Position numbers and translations under genes: made by a program. This document shows, piece by piece, positions 37,473 to 47,455 of a stretch of DNA of 64,000 nucleotides (within the stretch, counting starts at the first letter, position 1; every line of letters starts with the position of its first letter). The notes beneath the pieces are model-generated. The model did not search any database and was not told the origin of the DNA. It was given only the letters and a program-made list of their open reading frames with translations. Location: contig JASGJH010000001.1 of assembly GCA_047601445.1 (NCBI GenBank), forward strand, positions 5,076,201 to 5,140,200, in the 5' to 3' direction. The DNA is from Myxococcales bacterium. GTDB lineage: Bacteria > Myxococcota_A > Polyangia > Polyangiales > DASUME01.

Positions 37473-39482
37473 TCAGCGCACGCAGGTTCCCATGGGGACC
37501 CCACACAAACCGCTGCTACAGGTGCCTTCTTTGCACTCTTCGCTGAAAGAGCAACTCTCGCCGAGTTCGCGCGAATCCGGGCAGTACGCAGTGTCACACA
37601 CCTTGGGCAGCGCGCCCTGGCGCGTGGCCTTATCGGGCCCCACCACGATGCCGCTCACATCCATGTCCGCCGCGTCGCTCGCCGGTCCGGCGCGGGTGCC
37701 CTCCGCGCGCTCCCACATGCGGATGGTGCGCTCCGCGGAGCCCTCGAAGATGGCGGTCTCGACCCCGAGCTGTTCGAGGTCCGCCATCAATGCGCCGAGC
37801 AGACCGATGTGCGCGAAGCCCTTGCGATCGAGCTCCGTGCCGAGCCCCTGGGGACCCGAAGTGCGCTGCGCGTCGCGCTGACACGTGGCTTCGGCTGCGA
37901 ACGAGGCCGAGCAGGCACCGTCGTCGCCGAAGCGCGGGCGCGTCTGCTGGATGAATCCGTTGAAGTCCGTGCCCAGCGCCAAGTCCACCTTGAGCCCCCG
38001 TGTGGCGAACGCGATGGCCTGGGCGAGCGAGCGCGTGGACCCGTGGCAGCTGTTGTCCACCTGGGAGGCCGGATAGGAGCTCACCTCCTCGTGCGCCGTG
38101 CGTAGACCGAACAAGCCGCCGGTCCTGCGGATGCCCTTGATGATGGAGGCGGGCGTGGTCTTCTCCTCGCGCTGCTTGGCCGGCAACATCAGTTCGCGCA
38201 GATGCCCGTGGGAAACGTACACGGGGTAGAAGTCGTTGGCCTCGGCGAGGGCGAACACGTCGGCCGTGGTCCGCTCGGACATGTGGGCCGCGTCGATGAG
38301 CATGTGGCGCTCCATCATGGCCTGCACCAGCTGCTTGCCCTCGTCGGTAAGTCCGCGCACGTTCTTGCAGTCCGCGTCGACGTCGAAGCCGAGCGTGGTG
38401 TCTGCGGAGGTCAACCCGCAGTCGGAGTCCACGTGACAGTTTCGCGTGAACTGGGCGATGTGGAAGATGGGGTTGTGGGGAGCGGCGCCGCCGAAGCGGT
38501 TGTCGAGCTGATGCACGAGCTGCAGCGTGCGCACGCCCATGCCGTAGACCTCCTCGAGCGCACCCGAGAGATCGGCCGCCCCGAACAGGCTGGATGCCTC
38601 GATGCTGAGCAACATGGCCAGCTTACCCTCGCTGGCGATGCGGCGCGCGTCGCTGGCGCTGAGCGCGATCTCGAGCCAGTCGTGGCGCGCGTCGAGCTCA
38701 TGGGCCAACTGGAGCTGACGTCGCACGTCGTCCATCTCGTCGCACTGTGGGCGCACGAGGTTCTCGCTGGGCAGGGCCTTGCACAGCCAGTCGAAGCTCA
38801 CCGCCGACATGACCACCACGCGCAGGCCATCACGGTGCGCCTGTTCGAGCCAGCCTTCCCAGCTCTGCTGATGCGCGATGGTGTCCCAGCGCGGCCAGCC
38901 GCTGTAATCGGGAAAGCCGCTCTTGCGGCCTTGGTGCACGCCGGTGTCGCCGCCCGTGCCTTCGATGGCCCCCAGGAACTCCGAGGCCGGTGTGCCACCC
39001 ACGTTGAGCAGCAGATTGAGGAACGGCACGCTGCTCGCGAGCGCGCTCAAGTCGACCGGTGGCTCGGCGTCTTGGCAGGTGCCGAACTGGGCGCTCAGGT
39101 TGGAGCGCAGTCGTGCATGGTCTCCCGGAAAGCCGCCGTCACAGCTGGCCAGCGCGAGCGCTTCCGCTCCCTGGTGGCTGCCGTGGAACCAGCCGCCACC
39201 GAAGGCCTCTTCGGCCATCATGTGCAAGTGCAGATCGGCGTAGCCCACGACGGGCGCGATCGACATGCTGGCATCGGGTTGGCTGGCATCCCCCTGCGCA
39301 GCGTCGTGGTCAGCGTGCTCACCAGGAGTGGCATCGCCGGTAGTGGCATCGACAGGGTCAGCGGGCTCGCCCGGACCGCGCCCGCCTGGCTCGGAGGGAC
39401 GCTGCCCACCGCCCGAACAGGAAATCCCGAGCAGGGCCACGGCGATGGACGAGATGCAGCGCGAGTGGAGATAGGAAGCCAC
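37473..39482 (-). CDS. Lipoprotein, membrane-dipeptidase (peptidase M19)-like metallohydrolase with C-terminal Cys-rich module
   Basis: GTG 39482 gives VASYLHSRCISSIAVALLGISC (lipobox). Then a Gly/Asp/Pro linker, ADLHLHMM, LLSIEASSLFG..GVRTLQLVHQLDNRFG, VRGLTDEGKQLVQAMMERHMLIDAAHMSE, PVYVSHGH. C-terminus CDTAYC..GESCSFSEECKEGTCSSGLCG. The ORF extension to 39842 overlaps the divergent gene. Confidence 0.65.
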   Translation of the reverse strand: MASYLHSRCISSIAVALLGISCSGGGQRPSEPGGRGPGEPADPVDATTGDATPGEHADHDAAQGDASQPDASMSIAPVVGYADLHLHMMAEEAFGGGWFHGSHQGAEALALASCDGGFPGDHARLRSNLSAQFGTCQDAEPPVDLSALASSVPFLNLLLNVGGTPASEFLGAIEGTGGDTGVHQGRKSGFPDYSGWPRWDTIAHQQSWEGWLEQAHRDGLRVVVMSAVSFDWLCKALPSENLVRPQCDEMDDVRRQLQLAHELDARHDWLEIALSASDARRIASEGKLAMLLSIEASSLFGAADLSGALEEVYGMGVRTLQLVHQLDNRFGGAAPHNPIFHIAQFTRNCHVDSDCGLTSADTTLGFDVDADCKNVRGLTDEGKQLVQAMMERHMLIDAAHMSERTTADVFALAEANDFYPVYVSHGHLRELMLPAKQREEKTTPASIIKGIRRTGGLFGLRTAHEEVSSYPASQVDNSCHGSTRSLAQAIAFATRGLKVDLALGTDFNGFIQQTRPRFGDDGACSASFAAEATCQRDAQRTSGPQGLGTELDRKGFAHIGLLGALMADLEQLGVETAIFEGSAERTIRMWERAEGTRAGPASDAADMDVSGIVVGPDKATRQGALPKVCDTAYCPDSRELGESCSFSEECKEGTCSSGLCGVPMGTCVR

Positions 39483-39576
39483 GGCGGACGCAGCATCCCC
39501 ATGGCAACCGCTTTCGTGCAAGCGCGATGGCGATTTTGCGGGCGGAGGGCCGCCGATTTCGTCACATGATGGCGCG

Positions 39577-40593
39577 ATGCAAGCCTCTCGCACCTTCGCG
39601 CGCCGCGGCCTTCGGCTCAGCTGTGTTCTAGCCCTCACTCTGTCGGTCTCGGCCTGCGGCAAGGACGAGGCGCCCAAGGACGGGGCGGTGGATATGGGGG
39701 ACGACTCGGATGGGTCCACGCCTGAATCCGACGCGGGCTCGTCCGCAAGCGACGCCGGGAACGGCGATGGCGCTGCCAACGGAGACGGAGGCAGCGCAAC
39801 TCCGCAGTCCGACGCAGGCACGCCACCGCCCCCGAAATGCAAACGCGGACTCGGCTACGGCTACCACAGCAAGGCCGACATGATGGCGCTGCGGCGTGGC
39901 GTGCACTGGTGGTACAACTGGTCGCCCACGCCCGACACCAAAGTCGCGACGAGCTACAAGGACCTCGGCGTGGAGTTCGTGCCGATGGCATGGGACGAGA
40001 AGTTCACCGTGGCGGGCCTCGAGAAAGACATCCCCCAGGGCGCCAAGACCTTGCTCGGCTTCAACGAGCCCAACTTCTTCGGTCAAGCCAACCTGAGTGC
40101 CAGCGACGCGGCCAAGCTGTGGCCCGATCTCGAGAAGGTAGCCAAGGCGCGCGGACTCGCGTTGGCGTCACCGGCCGTGAACTTCTGTGGTCCGGCCGAG
40201 AAGTGCTTCGAGACCGACCCCTTCAAGTACCTCGATGCCTTCTTCGCGGCCTGCAAGAACTGCAAGATCGATTACGTGGCCGCGCACTGGTATGCCTGCG
40301 ATGGGCCGGCGCTCACGTGGTACTTGGGCCAGCTCAAGAAGTACAAGAAGCCCATCTGGCTCACCGAGTTCTCTTGCCTCGACGGCGACCGATCGGTGGC
40401 CAACCAGAAGAAGTACATGACGGACGCGCTCAAGATCCTGGAGGCGGATACGCAGGTGGCAGCCTACGCCTGGTTCATCGGTCGCAGCGATGACGTCCCG
40501 TCCATCGACCTGCTCGGAGCCGACGGCAAGCTCACCGAACTCGGCGAGCTCTACGTCTCCCTTCCGCACCATGACCCGAGCTGCGCGCGGTAG
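39577..40593 (+). CDS. Lipoprotein glycoside hydrolase (GH128-like, 'glycosyl hydrolase catalytic core' type)
   Basis: Lipobox LSVSAC, Asp/Gly/Ser linker, WWYNW, LLGFNEPN (acid/base Glu), IWLTEFS (nucleophile Glu). Confidence 0.65.
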   Translation: MQASRTFARRGLRLSCVLALTLSVSACGKDEAPKDGAVDMGDDSDGSTPESDAGSSASDAGNGDGAANGDGGSATPQSDAGTPPPPKCKRGLGYGYHSKADMMALRRGVHWWYNWSPTPDTKVATSYKDLGVEFVPMAWDEKFTVAGLEKDIPQGAKTLLGFNEPNFFGQANLSASDAAKLWPDLEKVAKARGLALASPAVNFCGPAEKCFETDPFKYLDAFFAACKNCKIDYVAAHWYACDGPALTWYLGQLKKYKKPIWLTEFSCLDGDRSVANQKKYMTDALKILEADTQVAAYAWFIGRSDDVPSIDLLGADGKLTELGELYVSLPHHDPSCAR

Positions 40594-40653
40594 AGCAAGC
40601 GTGGCCTGGCCGTTGGCGCCCCCTCCCTCCACGGTCGTGATCGCCGTTCTTCG

Positions 40654-42126
40654 TCACTCTCCAAGCGCATAGGCTAGACGGGCCCTCGCAAGGTGGCGCT
40701 CGACGGCCGAGTCGAGCACCTGGAGGCGGGCCGCGTTGAGCTCGTTCTCTGCGGCAAACAGGTCGGCAGTGGTGACGTCGCCCACATGGAGCTCGGCCAT
40801 GCGTCGTTCGTAGGCCGTTTGGGCCGCCGCCTCGGCCGTCCGAGCCGCCTGGGCGCTGCGATTGGCGCGCACGAGTACCGCGCGCGCGTTGCGTACCTCG
40901 AGCGTGAGTGCCTGCTCGAGCTCGGCGAGCTCCGCCTCCAGGGCGTCGATTTGCGCTTCGTTTTCGCGTACCCGCTTGGCGGCACTCCAGCTGTCGTTGG
41001 GCGCATAGCTCACGAGGGCGCCGACCTCCCAGCTGGGCTGATACTCGCTCTTGGGCGGGATCTGATAGCGATTGGGGTTTGCATAGTCGCCTCCGGCGAA
41101 CACGGAAACGTGTGGGTAGCCGTTGGCGCGATTGGCCTTGGCGTTGTGGCGCTGACTCTCGATCAGCTCTGTGAGAGCGCTGATCTCTGCTCGCTGGGCG
41201 CGCGCCTTGCCGAGCAGCAGCGCAGCGGACGCCACCTCGCTGGCGTCCAAGTCGTCGAGAATGGGATCGCCGATTCCGTAGGGTGCGCCGTCGGGGTCCA
41301 GGAGCAAGGTACGCAACGCTGCATCCGCCACGTCGACCGCGGACTCCATGCTCACCACGGTCTGCTCCGCGAGTGCGAGGCGCGCCCCCGAGCTAGCAGC
41401 GTCCGCCGCGGGACGCAGGCCGGCCTTCACACCCGCCTCGATGCGCGCGTGTTGAACCCGCGCCTGCTCCACCGCGCGCTGCGCCACTGCCAGGTTCCCG
41501 CGCGCGCGGGCCAGCTGGTAGTAGGCCTCGCGTGCACTCAGACGCACGCGGTTGAGCTTGGCTCGTGCCTGGGCCTCCGTGGCGCGAGCCGACGCGCGCG
41601 CAGCCTGAATGCTGGGCACCACGGCGAAGAACAGATCGCTCACCGGATACAGCACGCGCGCCGCGAACGCGGTCTGATTTCGTGGGATCACGATGGCCTG
41701 GCCCTGAGCTTGCCGGTCGATACTGGAAAGCCAGAGTGCCCGCGCTGCAGGATCGTTGATCTGCTGGGCCAGCGTGCGGGCCGCATCGGCCGCGGCCGGG
41801 TCGAGCGCGCCGATGCGACTGTTGGGAAAGCCGTCGATGTGCGTGTAGCGCGCGGTGAGCTCGAGGCGTGGCAACAGCTGGGTCCGCGCCCGCTCCACGG
41901 CGGCCTCGGAGGCGCGCACCAGCGCTTCGGCGCGCTCGAGTGCGGGCGAGTTCTCGGTCACCCGGGTGACGGCCTCCTCTGCGCGCAGGGGCTCTCCCTG
42001 TGCGATGGCGCCCATCAGATCGAAACTGGGCACGCTTTCCGACTTGGCATCTTGGGCGGAGCACACACCTCCACCGAGCAGCCAACCTGCGAGGCAGGCA
42101 GCCGCGAGACACTTCTCTTGGCGCAT
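40654..42126 (-). CDS. TolC-family outer-membrane efflux protein
   Basis: ATG 42126 gives the signal peptide MRQEKCLAAACLAGWLLGGGVCSAQD. Two-repeat coiled-coil/beta architecture. 5 nt after the upstream permease stop. Confidence 0.88.
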   Translation of the reverse strand: MRQEKCLAAACLAGWLLGGGVCSAQDAKSESVPSFDLMGAIAQGEPLRAEEAVTRVTENSPALERAEALVRASEAAVERARTQLLPRLELTARYTHIDGFPNSRIGALDPAAADAARTLAQQINDPAARALWLSSIDRQAQGQAIVIPRNQTAFAARVLYPVSDLFFAVVPSIQAARASARATEAQARAKLNRVRLSAREAYYQLARARGNLAVAQRAVEQARVQHARIEAGVKAGLRPAADAASSGARLALAEQTVVSMESAVDVADAALRTLLLDPDGAPYGIGDPILDDLDASEVASAALLLGKARAQRAEISALTELIESQRHNAKANRANGYPHVSVFAGGDYANPNRYQIPPKSEYQPSWEVGALVSYAPNDSWSAAKRVRENEAQIDALEAELAELEQALTLEVRNARAVLVRANRSAQAARTAEAAAQTAYERRMAELHVGDVTTADLFAAENELNAARLQVLDSAVERHLARARLAYALGE

Positions 42127-42131
42127 GATGA

Positions 42132-43280
42132 TTATCCTTGTTGACGACGAAAACGCAGGGCCGCGATGGTGCAGACGACGACACCCATCACGGTCAAGGC
42201 CAGGAATTGAAGACGCAGATCCGAGAGCGTGGCGCCGCGCAGCAAGAGGGCGCGCAGGATCTCGGCGTAGTGGCGCAGGGGATTGATCAACGTGAGCGGT
42301 GCGAGCCACGCCGGCATCGAACGCACGGGCGTCATGATGCCGCTCAGGAGTGCGGCCGGAAGCATGAACAGGAAGCCGCCCATGAAGGCTTGTTGCTGAC
42401 TCGAGCTGACGGTCGAGATCAACAGGCCGATGCTCAAGGTGTTCAGCAGGTAGAGCAGCGTCGCCAGCAGCAAGCTCAGCGGTGAGCCCCGCAAGGGCAT
42501 GTCGAAGCCGTAGGCGCCCACCACCATCGCGAGAATGAAGTCAAACAGACCCACGACGGCGAACGGGATGATCTTGCCCAGCATCAGGAGCAGGGCCGGC
42601 ACCGGGGTCACCTGGATTTGCTCGAGGGTGCCGCGCTCGCGCTCACGCGCCAGGCCCATCGATGCGATGATGGTGGTCACCAACAGAAGCAGCATCGCCG
42701 ACACACCAGGAATCATGTACACGGAGGTCTTGAGCGCCGGATTGAACAGCACGCGCGAGCGCACCGAGACCTCGGGTTGGGGCCTGTGCAGCCCTAGCTG
42801 CGCGGCCCTGAGCGCGCCCTGCTTGCGTGCGCTCGCCTCGGCCTCACGGGCGAAGTAGCTGCTCACGGCCGCGCCGGCCACGTTTGCGCGATTCGGATCG
42901 CTGCCATCCAGCACCATCTGCACACTGGGGCCTCGGCCGCGCACGAGATCGTGCTCGAAGCCGCGTGGCACCACGAGCACCGTGGCCGCCTCACCCGTCT
43001 CCAGCATGCGCAACGCGGTCTGCGGCTCGGCCACATCGCGCACGCGTCGCAGCGTTCCGTCGGCCAGCACACGCTGCAGGTGGCTGCGACTCTGGGTGCT
43101 GTGGTCGAGGTCCACCACCGCGGTGGGGACCTTGTCGACGTCGAGCTGCACTGCGTTGGCGAACAGCACGAGCTGCACGGCCGGGGCGGCCACCAAGAGC
43201 GCCATCATGCGACGGTCGCGCAGGGTCTGGCGCACTTCCTTGAGCATCACGGCGTAGAGCATGCTGAGGGCTCGTCTCAT
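42132..43280 (-). CDS. ABC-2 type transporter permease (YbhR/YbhS-like)
   Basis: ATG 43280 overlaps the upstream stop (ATGA). MRRALSMLYAVMLKEVRQTLRDRRMM, a large extracytoplasmic loop, then 5 C-terminal TM segments. Confidence 0.88.
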   Translation of the reverse strand: MRRALSMLYAVMLKEVRQTLRDRRMMALLVAAPAVQLVLFANAVQLDVDKVPTAVVDLDHSTQSRSHLQRVLADGTLRRVRDVAEPQTALRMLETGEAATVLVVPRGFEHDLVRGRGPSVQMVLDGSDPNRANVAGAAVSSYFAREAEASARKQGALRAAQLGLHRPQPEVSVRSRVLFNPALKTSVYMIPGVSAMLLLLVTTIIASMGLARERERGTLEQIQVTPVPALLLMLGKIIPFAVVGLFDFILAMVVGAYGFDMPLRGSPLSLLLATLLYLLNTLSIGLLISTVSSSQQQAFMGGFLFMLPAALLSGIMTPVRSMPAWLAPLTLINPLRHYAEILRALLLRGATLSDLRLQFLALTVMGVVVCTIAALRFRRQQG

Positions 43281-44410
43281 GCGATGGTCCTCCGAAAACG
43301 CAGGGTGGCAACGCCGAGCATCACGACACCGAAGACCGCCAACATCGCGGCCTCTCCCCACAGTTCGCCGAGGTCGTTGCCGCGCAAGAGCACGCCGCGC
43401 AGCCCGGCCACGTAGTAGCGGGCCGGCACCACACGGCTGACGAACTGCAAGGGCAGCGGCATGTTGTCGATGGGGAACACGAAGCCCGAGAGCAGCATGG
43501 AGGGCAACATCGAGCTCATCGTCGCCACCTGCGTGGCCACCATCTGATTTCGCGTGAGTACGCTGATCAAGAGCCCCTGCCCGAGCATACCCACCAGGAA
43601 CAACAGCGAGAGCACGCCCAGAGCCAACGCCGAGCCACGGAAGGGCACGTTGAACACCAGGCCGCCCGCCGCCACCACCATCAACACCGCCAGCGCCCCC
43701 AACACCAGATAGGGCAAGAGCTTGCCCAGGATGATCTCGAAGCGTCCCACCGGTGTGGCGAACAACTGCGCCATCGAGCCGCGCTCCCACTCGCGCGCCA
43801 CCGTCAGCGCGGTCAGCAGCACCGCCACGATGGCGAGCACGTAGGCGGCGATGCCCGGCACCAGGAACACCGCGCTCTTGCCCTCGGGGTTGAATCGCGT
43901 GAAGGTGCGCACCTCCACCAGCGGCTTGCGTGCGCCCTTGGCCTGCTCGGCTCCGGACAGCGCGAGAAGCTTGAGCGCCACTTCCAGCTTGTTGCGGGCT
44001 TGCACGGCGCTCGTGTTATCGGAGCCGTCGAGCAAGAGCTGCACCCGCGTCGGCTCGCCGCGCACGAGCTCGCGCGCGAAGCCGCGTTCGATGACTACGG
44101 CTGCCAGGCTGCGACCGGCCACCAGGGCGCGCTCCGCTTCGGCGGCGCTCGGCAGGTCGCCTGCATCGTCGAACTGGTCGTCGGCCAAGAGGCGTCGCTT
44201 CAAGCTGCGACTCTGGGTCGTCTGATCCAGGTCCACCACGCTCACCGGCAGGTGATCGAGATCGAAACTCACGCCGAAGCCGAACAGGAGCAGCATCACC
44301 ACCGGCATGGCGAGCGCGATGTACAGGGTGCGCACGTCGCGCAGCACGTGGTGCACCTCTTTATGCGCCAACGCCAGGATACGATTGAGGGTCAAGGACA
44401 GGGCATTCAT
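43277..44410 (-). CDS. ABC-2 type transporter permease (YbhS/YbhR-like)
   Basis: ATG 44410 overlaps the upstream stop (ATGA). MNALSLTLNRILALAHKEVHHVLRDVRTLY. Same architecture as its neighbour. Confidence 0.88.
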   Translation of the reverse strand: MNALSLTLNRILALAHKEVHHVLRDVRTLYIALAMPVVMLLLFGFGVSFDLDHLPVSVVDLDQTTQSRSLKRRLLADDQFDDAGDLPSAAEAERALVAGRSLAAVVIERGFARELVRGEPTRVQLLLDGSDNTSAVQARNKLEVALKLLALSGAEQAKGARKPLVEVRTFTRFNPEGKSAVFLVPGIAAYVLAIVAVLLTALTVAREWERGSMAQLFATPVGRFEIILGKLLPYLVLGALAVLMVVAAGGLVFNVPFRGSALALGVLSLLFLVGMLGQGLLISVLTRNQMVATQVATMSSMLPSMLLSGFVFPIDNMPLPLQFVSRVVPARYYVAGLRGVLLRGNDLGELWGEAAMLAVFGVVMLGVATLRFRRTIA

Positions 44411-45360
44411 GGAGCCTCCGCCGAGGCACTCTTGCTGCGACCCACCACGCCCAGGAAGACGTCCTCGAGCGATGCCTCCACGGGCTCGCAATGCTCCGGC
44501 TGGGCCCCCAGCTTGCGCAGGCCGAGCTCGATTGCGGATCCGTCCGTACCCTTGGGGTCGAAGCGCACGTGCAGGTTGGCACCGAACAGATCCGCAGCCC
44601 GCACGAAGGGCAGTGCGCGCGCCGCGTGCACCACGCGATGGAGATCCTTGCCTTGGAAAGCCAGGGTGGTGCCTGGCACGAAGCTGCGCTTGAGTGCCTC
44701 TGGCGTGTCGAGCGCGAGTAAGGAGCCGTCCACCATCAGGCCCACGCGCGCGCAGTATTCGGCCTCGTCCATGTAGTGCGTGGTCACGAAGATGGTGGTG
44801 CCTTGCGCGGCGAGCTCGCGGATCAGCCGCCAGAACTGACGGCGCGAGAAGGGATCGACGCCGGCGGTGGGCTCGTCGAGGAACACGATGGAGGGCTGGT
44901 GCAGCACGGCACAGGCCAGGGCCAGGCGCTGGCGAATGCCACCCGGCAACTCGGACGTCACGCTCGCGCGGTAGCCGCCGAGCTCGGTGCGCTCGACGGC
45001 GCGATCGATGGCTGCATGCAGTGCCTTGCCGTGGAGCCCGTAGATACCACCGAAGAACTCCAAGTTGTCCTGGGCGTCGAGATCCAAGTAGAGGCTGAAT
45101 TTCTGGGACATGTAGCCGATGGAGGCCTTCACGGCGCCGGGCGCGCGCGCGATGTCGTGGCCCGCCACACTTGCCTGTCCGCCGGAGGGCGCGAGGAGCC
45201 CGCACAACATCCGGATGGTGGTGGACTTGCCCGCGCCGTTGGCTCCGAGGTAGCCGAAGATCTCGCCTCGCTCGACGTGGAAGCTCACGTCGCGCACGGC
45301 CACGAAGGAACCGTAGACCTTGCGCAGGGCGTTAACCTCGATGGGATGCTGGGTGGTCAT
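44407..45360 (-). CDS. ABC transporter ATP-binding protein
   Basis: ATG 45360 (ATGA overlap). Walker A GANGAGKST, signature LPGGIRQRL, Walker B IVFLDEPT. Confidence 0.92.
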   Translation of the reverse strand: MTTQHPIEVNALRKVYGSFVAVRDVSFHVERGEIFGYLGANGAGKSTTIRMLCGLLAPSGGQASVAGHDIARAPGAVKASIGYMSQKFSLYLDLDAQDNLEFFGGIYGLHGKALHAAIDRAVERTELGGYRASVTSELPGGIRQRLALACAVLHQPSIVFLDEPTAGVDPFSRRQFWRLIRELAAQGTTIFVTTHYMDEAEYCARVGLMVDGSLLALDTPEALKRSFVPGTTLAFQGKDLHRVVHAARALPFVRAADLFGANLHVRFDPKGTDGSAIELGLRKLGAQPEHCEPVEASLEDVFLGVVGRSKSASAEAP

Positions 45361-46298
45361 GCGGCGCCTGCTTGCAGTTGGCGCGCCGAGACGCGGGCCA
45401 AGAACACGTCTTCGAAGTCCGGCGCGACCCGCTCCGCCGTGGCGCCGAGCTCCATCACATCGCGCGAAATGGCGGCGCCCGCGCCCGGCGTCGCGAGCAC
45501 ACGCAGGCGCGTCCCCGCAGGCGAGGCCGTGACCACGCCCGGGTGCCCGTTCAACCACGTATGCAGCCGCTCGCGATCGCCGCCCGTGACGGCCAACACG
45601 TCGTACTCGAGCTCCCTTGAGAGCGCGCTGGGCGAGCCCTGGGCGATGATCTGTCCGTGATGGAGGAGACCCACGCGATGGCACCGCGCCGCCTCATCCA
45701 TATAGGCCGTGGAGACCAGCACCGACATGCCCTCGCCGACCAGCTCGTAGATGAGCTCCCACAGCTCGCGTCGGCTCACTGGGTCGACCCCGTTGGTAGG
45801 CTCGTCCATCAAGAGCACGCTCGGCCGATGGAGCAGCGCGCAGGCCAGGGCCAGCTTCTTGTACATGCCGCCACTGAGGGCATCGGCGCGGCGGTCCTCG
45901 AAGCGCGTGAGGCGCGTGATCTCGAGCAGCCGCGCACTGCGCTCGCGGAACGTCTGACGAGAGAGCCCGAACAGACGTGCAAAGAAGCTCAGGTTCTCCG
46001 CCACCGAGAGGTCCCCGTAGAGACTGTATTGCTGCGGCATCAAGCCGAGGTGCTCGCGGGCGCGTGAACGTCGAGCCAGCGGATCCTCGCCGAGCACCCG
46101 CACGTACCCCGCCGTGGGGCGCATCAGGCCCGCCAGGCAGTTGATGGTAGTGCTCTTACCTGCCCCATCGGGCCCCACCAGACCGTAGAGCTCTCCGGGC
46201 GCGACACGCAGGTCGATGCAGCGCACCGCCTCGAGCGCGCCGTACGAGCGCACCAATCCGCAAGCGTCGATGGCCGCCGTTTGACTCGGCGCGTTCAT
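45357..46298 (-). CDS. ABC transporter ATP-binding protein
   Basis: ATG 46298 (ATGA overlap with HlyD stop). Walker A GPDGAGKST, signature LSGGMYKKL, Walker B VLLMDEPT. Confidence 0.92.
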   Translation of the reverse strand: MNAPSQTAAIDACGLVRSYGALEAVRCIDLRVAPGELYGLVGPDGAGKSTTINCLAGLMRPTAGYVRVLGEDPLARRSRAREHLGLMPQQYSLYGDLSVAENLSFFARLFGLSRQTFRERSARLLEITRLTRFEDRRADALSGGMYKKLALACALLHRPSVLLMDEPTNGVDPVSRRELWELIYELVGEGMSVLVSTAYMDEAARCHRVGLLHHGQIIAQGSPSALSRELEYDVLAVTGGDRERLHTWLNGHPGVVTASPAGTRLRVLATPGAGAAISRDVMELGATAERVAPDFEDVFLARVSARQLQAGAA

Positions 46299-47348
46299 GG
46301 CGCCCCCGAGAGGCCCAGGTCGGCCAAGCTCACCACCACCTGCATGCCCGTGCGCAACAGCCCCTTGTGCTCACGCACGCGCACCTCCACCGGATACACC
46401 AGGCGGTCGCGGTCGCTGCGCGTCTGCACGTTGCGCGGTGTGAACTCAGCCTCCAATCCGATGCGCGTCACCTCGGCGCTGAAGTCTCGCTCGGGGTAGG
46501 CATCGGCCCGCACCTGGGCTCGCATGCCCACGCGCGCCGCATCCACATCCGCGTTGGCCAGGTAGAACGTCACGTTGGCCAGCTCGGGATCGATCAAGCG
46601 CGCCACCACCGAGCCCTGCATCACGAGCTCGCCGGATTCGTAGTAGATGCGCTCGAGTACGCCCGCGCGCGGTGCGCGCACGGTGCATTCATCCACGATC
46701 AACTGCGCGCTCGTCACCACCGCCTCCAGGGCGGCCACGCTGCGCTCGGCGGCGCTCACCTGGGCCAGCGCCGCCTGGGCCTGTGCGGAAGCCGCGCCCG
46801 CCTGACGACGGCTCACGAGCTCCGAGGCCGCCGCCGCGCGCTGACGCTCGAGCAACTCCGAGGCCGTGACCTTGGCGCGGTCCCTGGACGACAGTGCGGC
46901 GTACTCGCCCATGGCCTCCATGCGCTCGGCGTCGCGCGCCGCCAGCTCCTGCTGCGCCGAGAGCGCACCGAGCTGGGCTCCCACGGCCTGAATCGAAGCC
47001 GCCGCCGCCGAGCTCTGCCCGCGCGCCGCCAGGGCCTGCGACTTGGCACCCAGCACCTGCGCCCGCGATGCCTCCAGGCGCGCGAGGGCCTCCGCGAGGC
47101 GCGCCTCGTGCTCGGAGCACTCCAGGCTCAAGATGGGATTGCCGGCCTGCACCGTGAAGCCCTCCCTGGCGTGCACCTGCTTCACCCGGGCGGACAGGCG
47201 CGAGCCGAGAATCGATGCCCTCGGCCTCCACCACACCGGAACCGGACGCCGGGCCCGACTCGGCCTTGCCCTGGGCACGAATGCGCCAAGCGATGAGTCC
47301 GATCAGGACCCCCGTCAGCACCACCATTACGCTGAGAACTCGTTTCAT
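46295..47348 (-). pseudogene. HlyD-family membrane-fusion protein interrupted by an apparent +1 frameshift near 47208..47213 (true pseudogene, sequencing indel or recoding not distinguishable)
   Basis: N-terminus MKRVLSVMVVLTGVLIGLIAWR..GVVEAEGID is in the frame of ORF 46689..47693. The rest, LGSRLSARVKQVHAREGFTVQAG.., is in ORF 46295..47278, 1 nt out of phase. Deleting one T in sense-strand GAT-T-CTC restores one 350-aa MFP. Confidence 0.75.
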
Positions 47349-47440
47349 CGGACATGGCTCCGGTCGTTGAACGACGCGCCGCGAGGAGCTCCCCTGCGGT
47401 CGTCTCGAGCGCCCGTCGTCGAGGCGCAACACCCCCCAGT

Positions 47441-47455
47441 GCGACCTTCGTGCCA
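47441..47455 (-). promoter_or_regulatory. Candidate sigma-54 promoter (-24/-12) for the efflux operon
   Basis: The minus strand reads TGGCACGAAGGTCGC (consensus TGGCAC-N5-TTGC, one mismatch, correct GG-N10-GC spacing), 93 nt upstream of the HlyD ATG. A GAFTGA-containing activator is encoded divergently. Confidence 0.4.

Noticed and set aside
39483-39842. 120-codon N-terminal extension of the M19-like lipoprotein ORF.
   Set aside because: It overlaps the divergent glycoside hydrolase gene on the other strand. GTG 39482 yields a canonical lipoprotein signal peptide.
42127-45684. Long upstream extensions of the TolC, permease and ATPase ORFs (42309, 43790, 45205, 45684).
   Set aside because: Each extension overlaps the end of the preceding gene and is low-complexity. 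Internal ATGs forming ATGA overlaps give family-typical N-termini.
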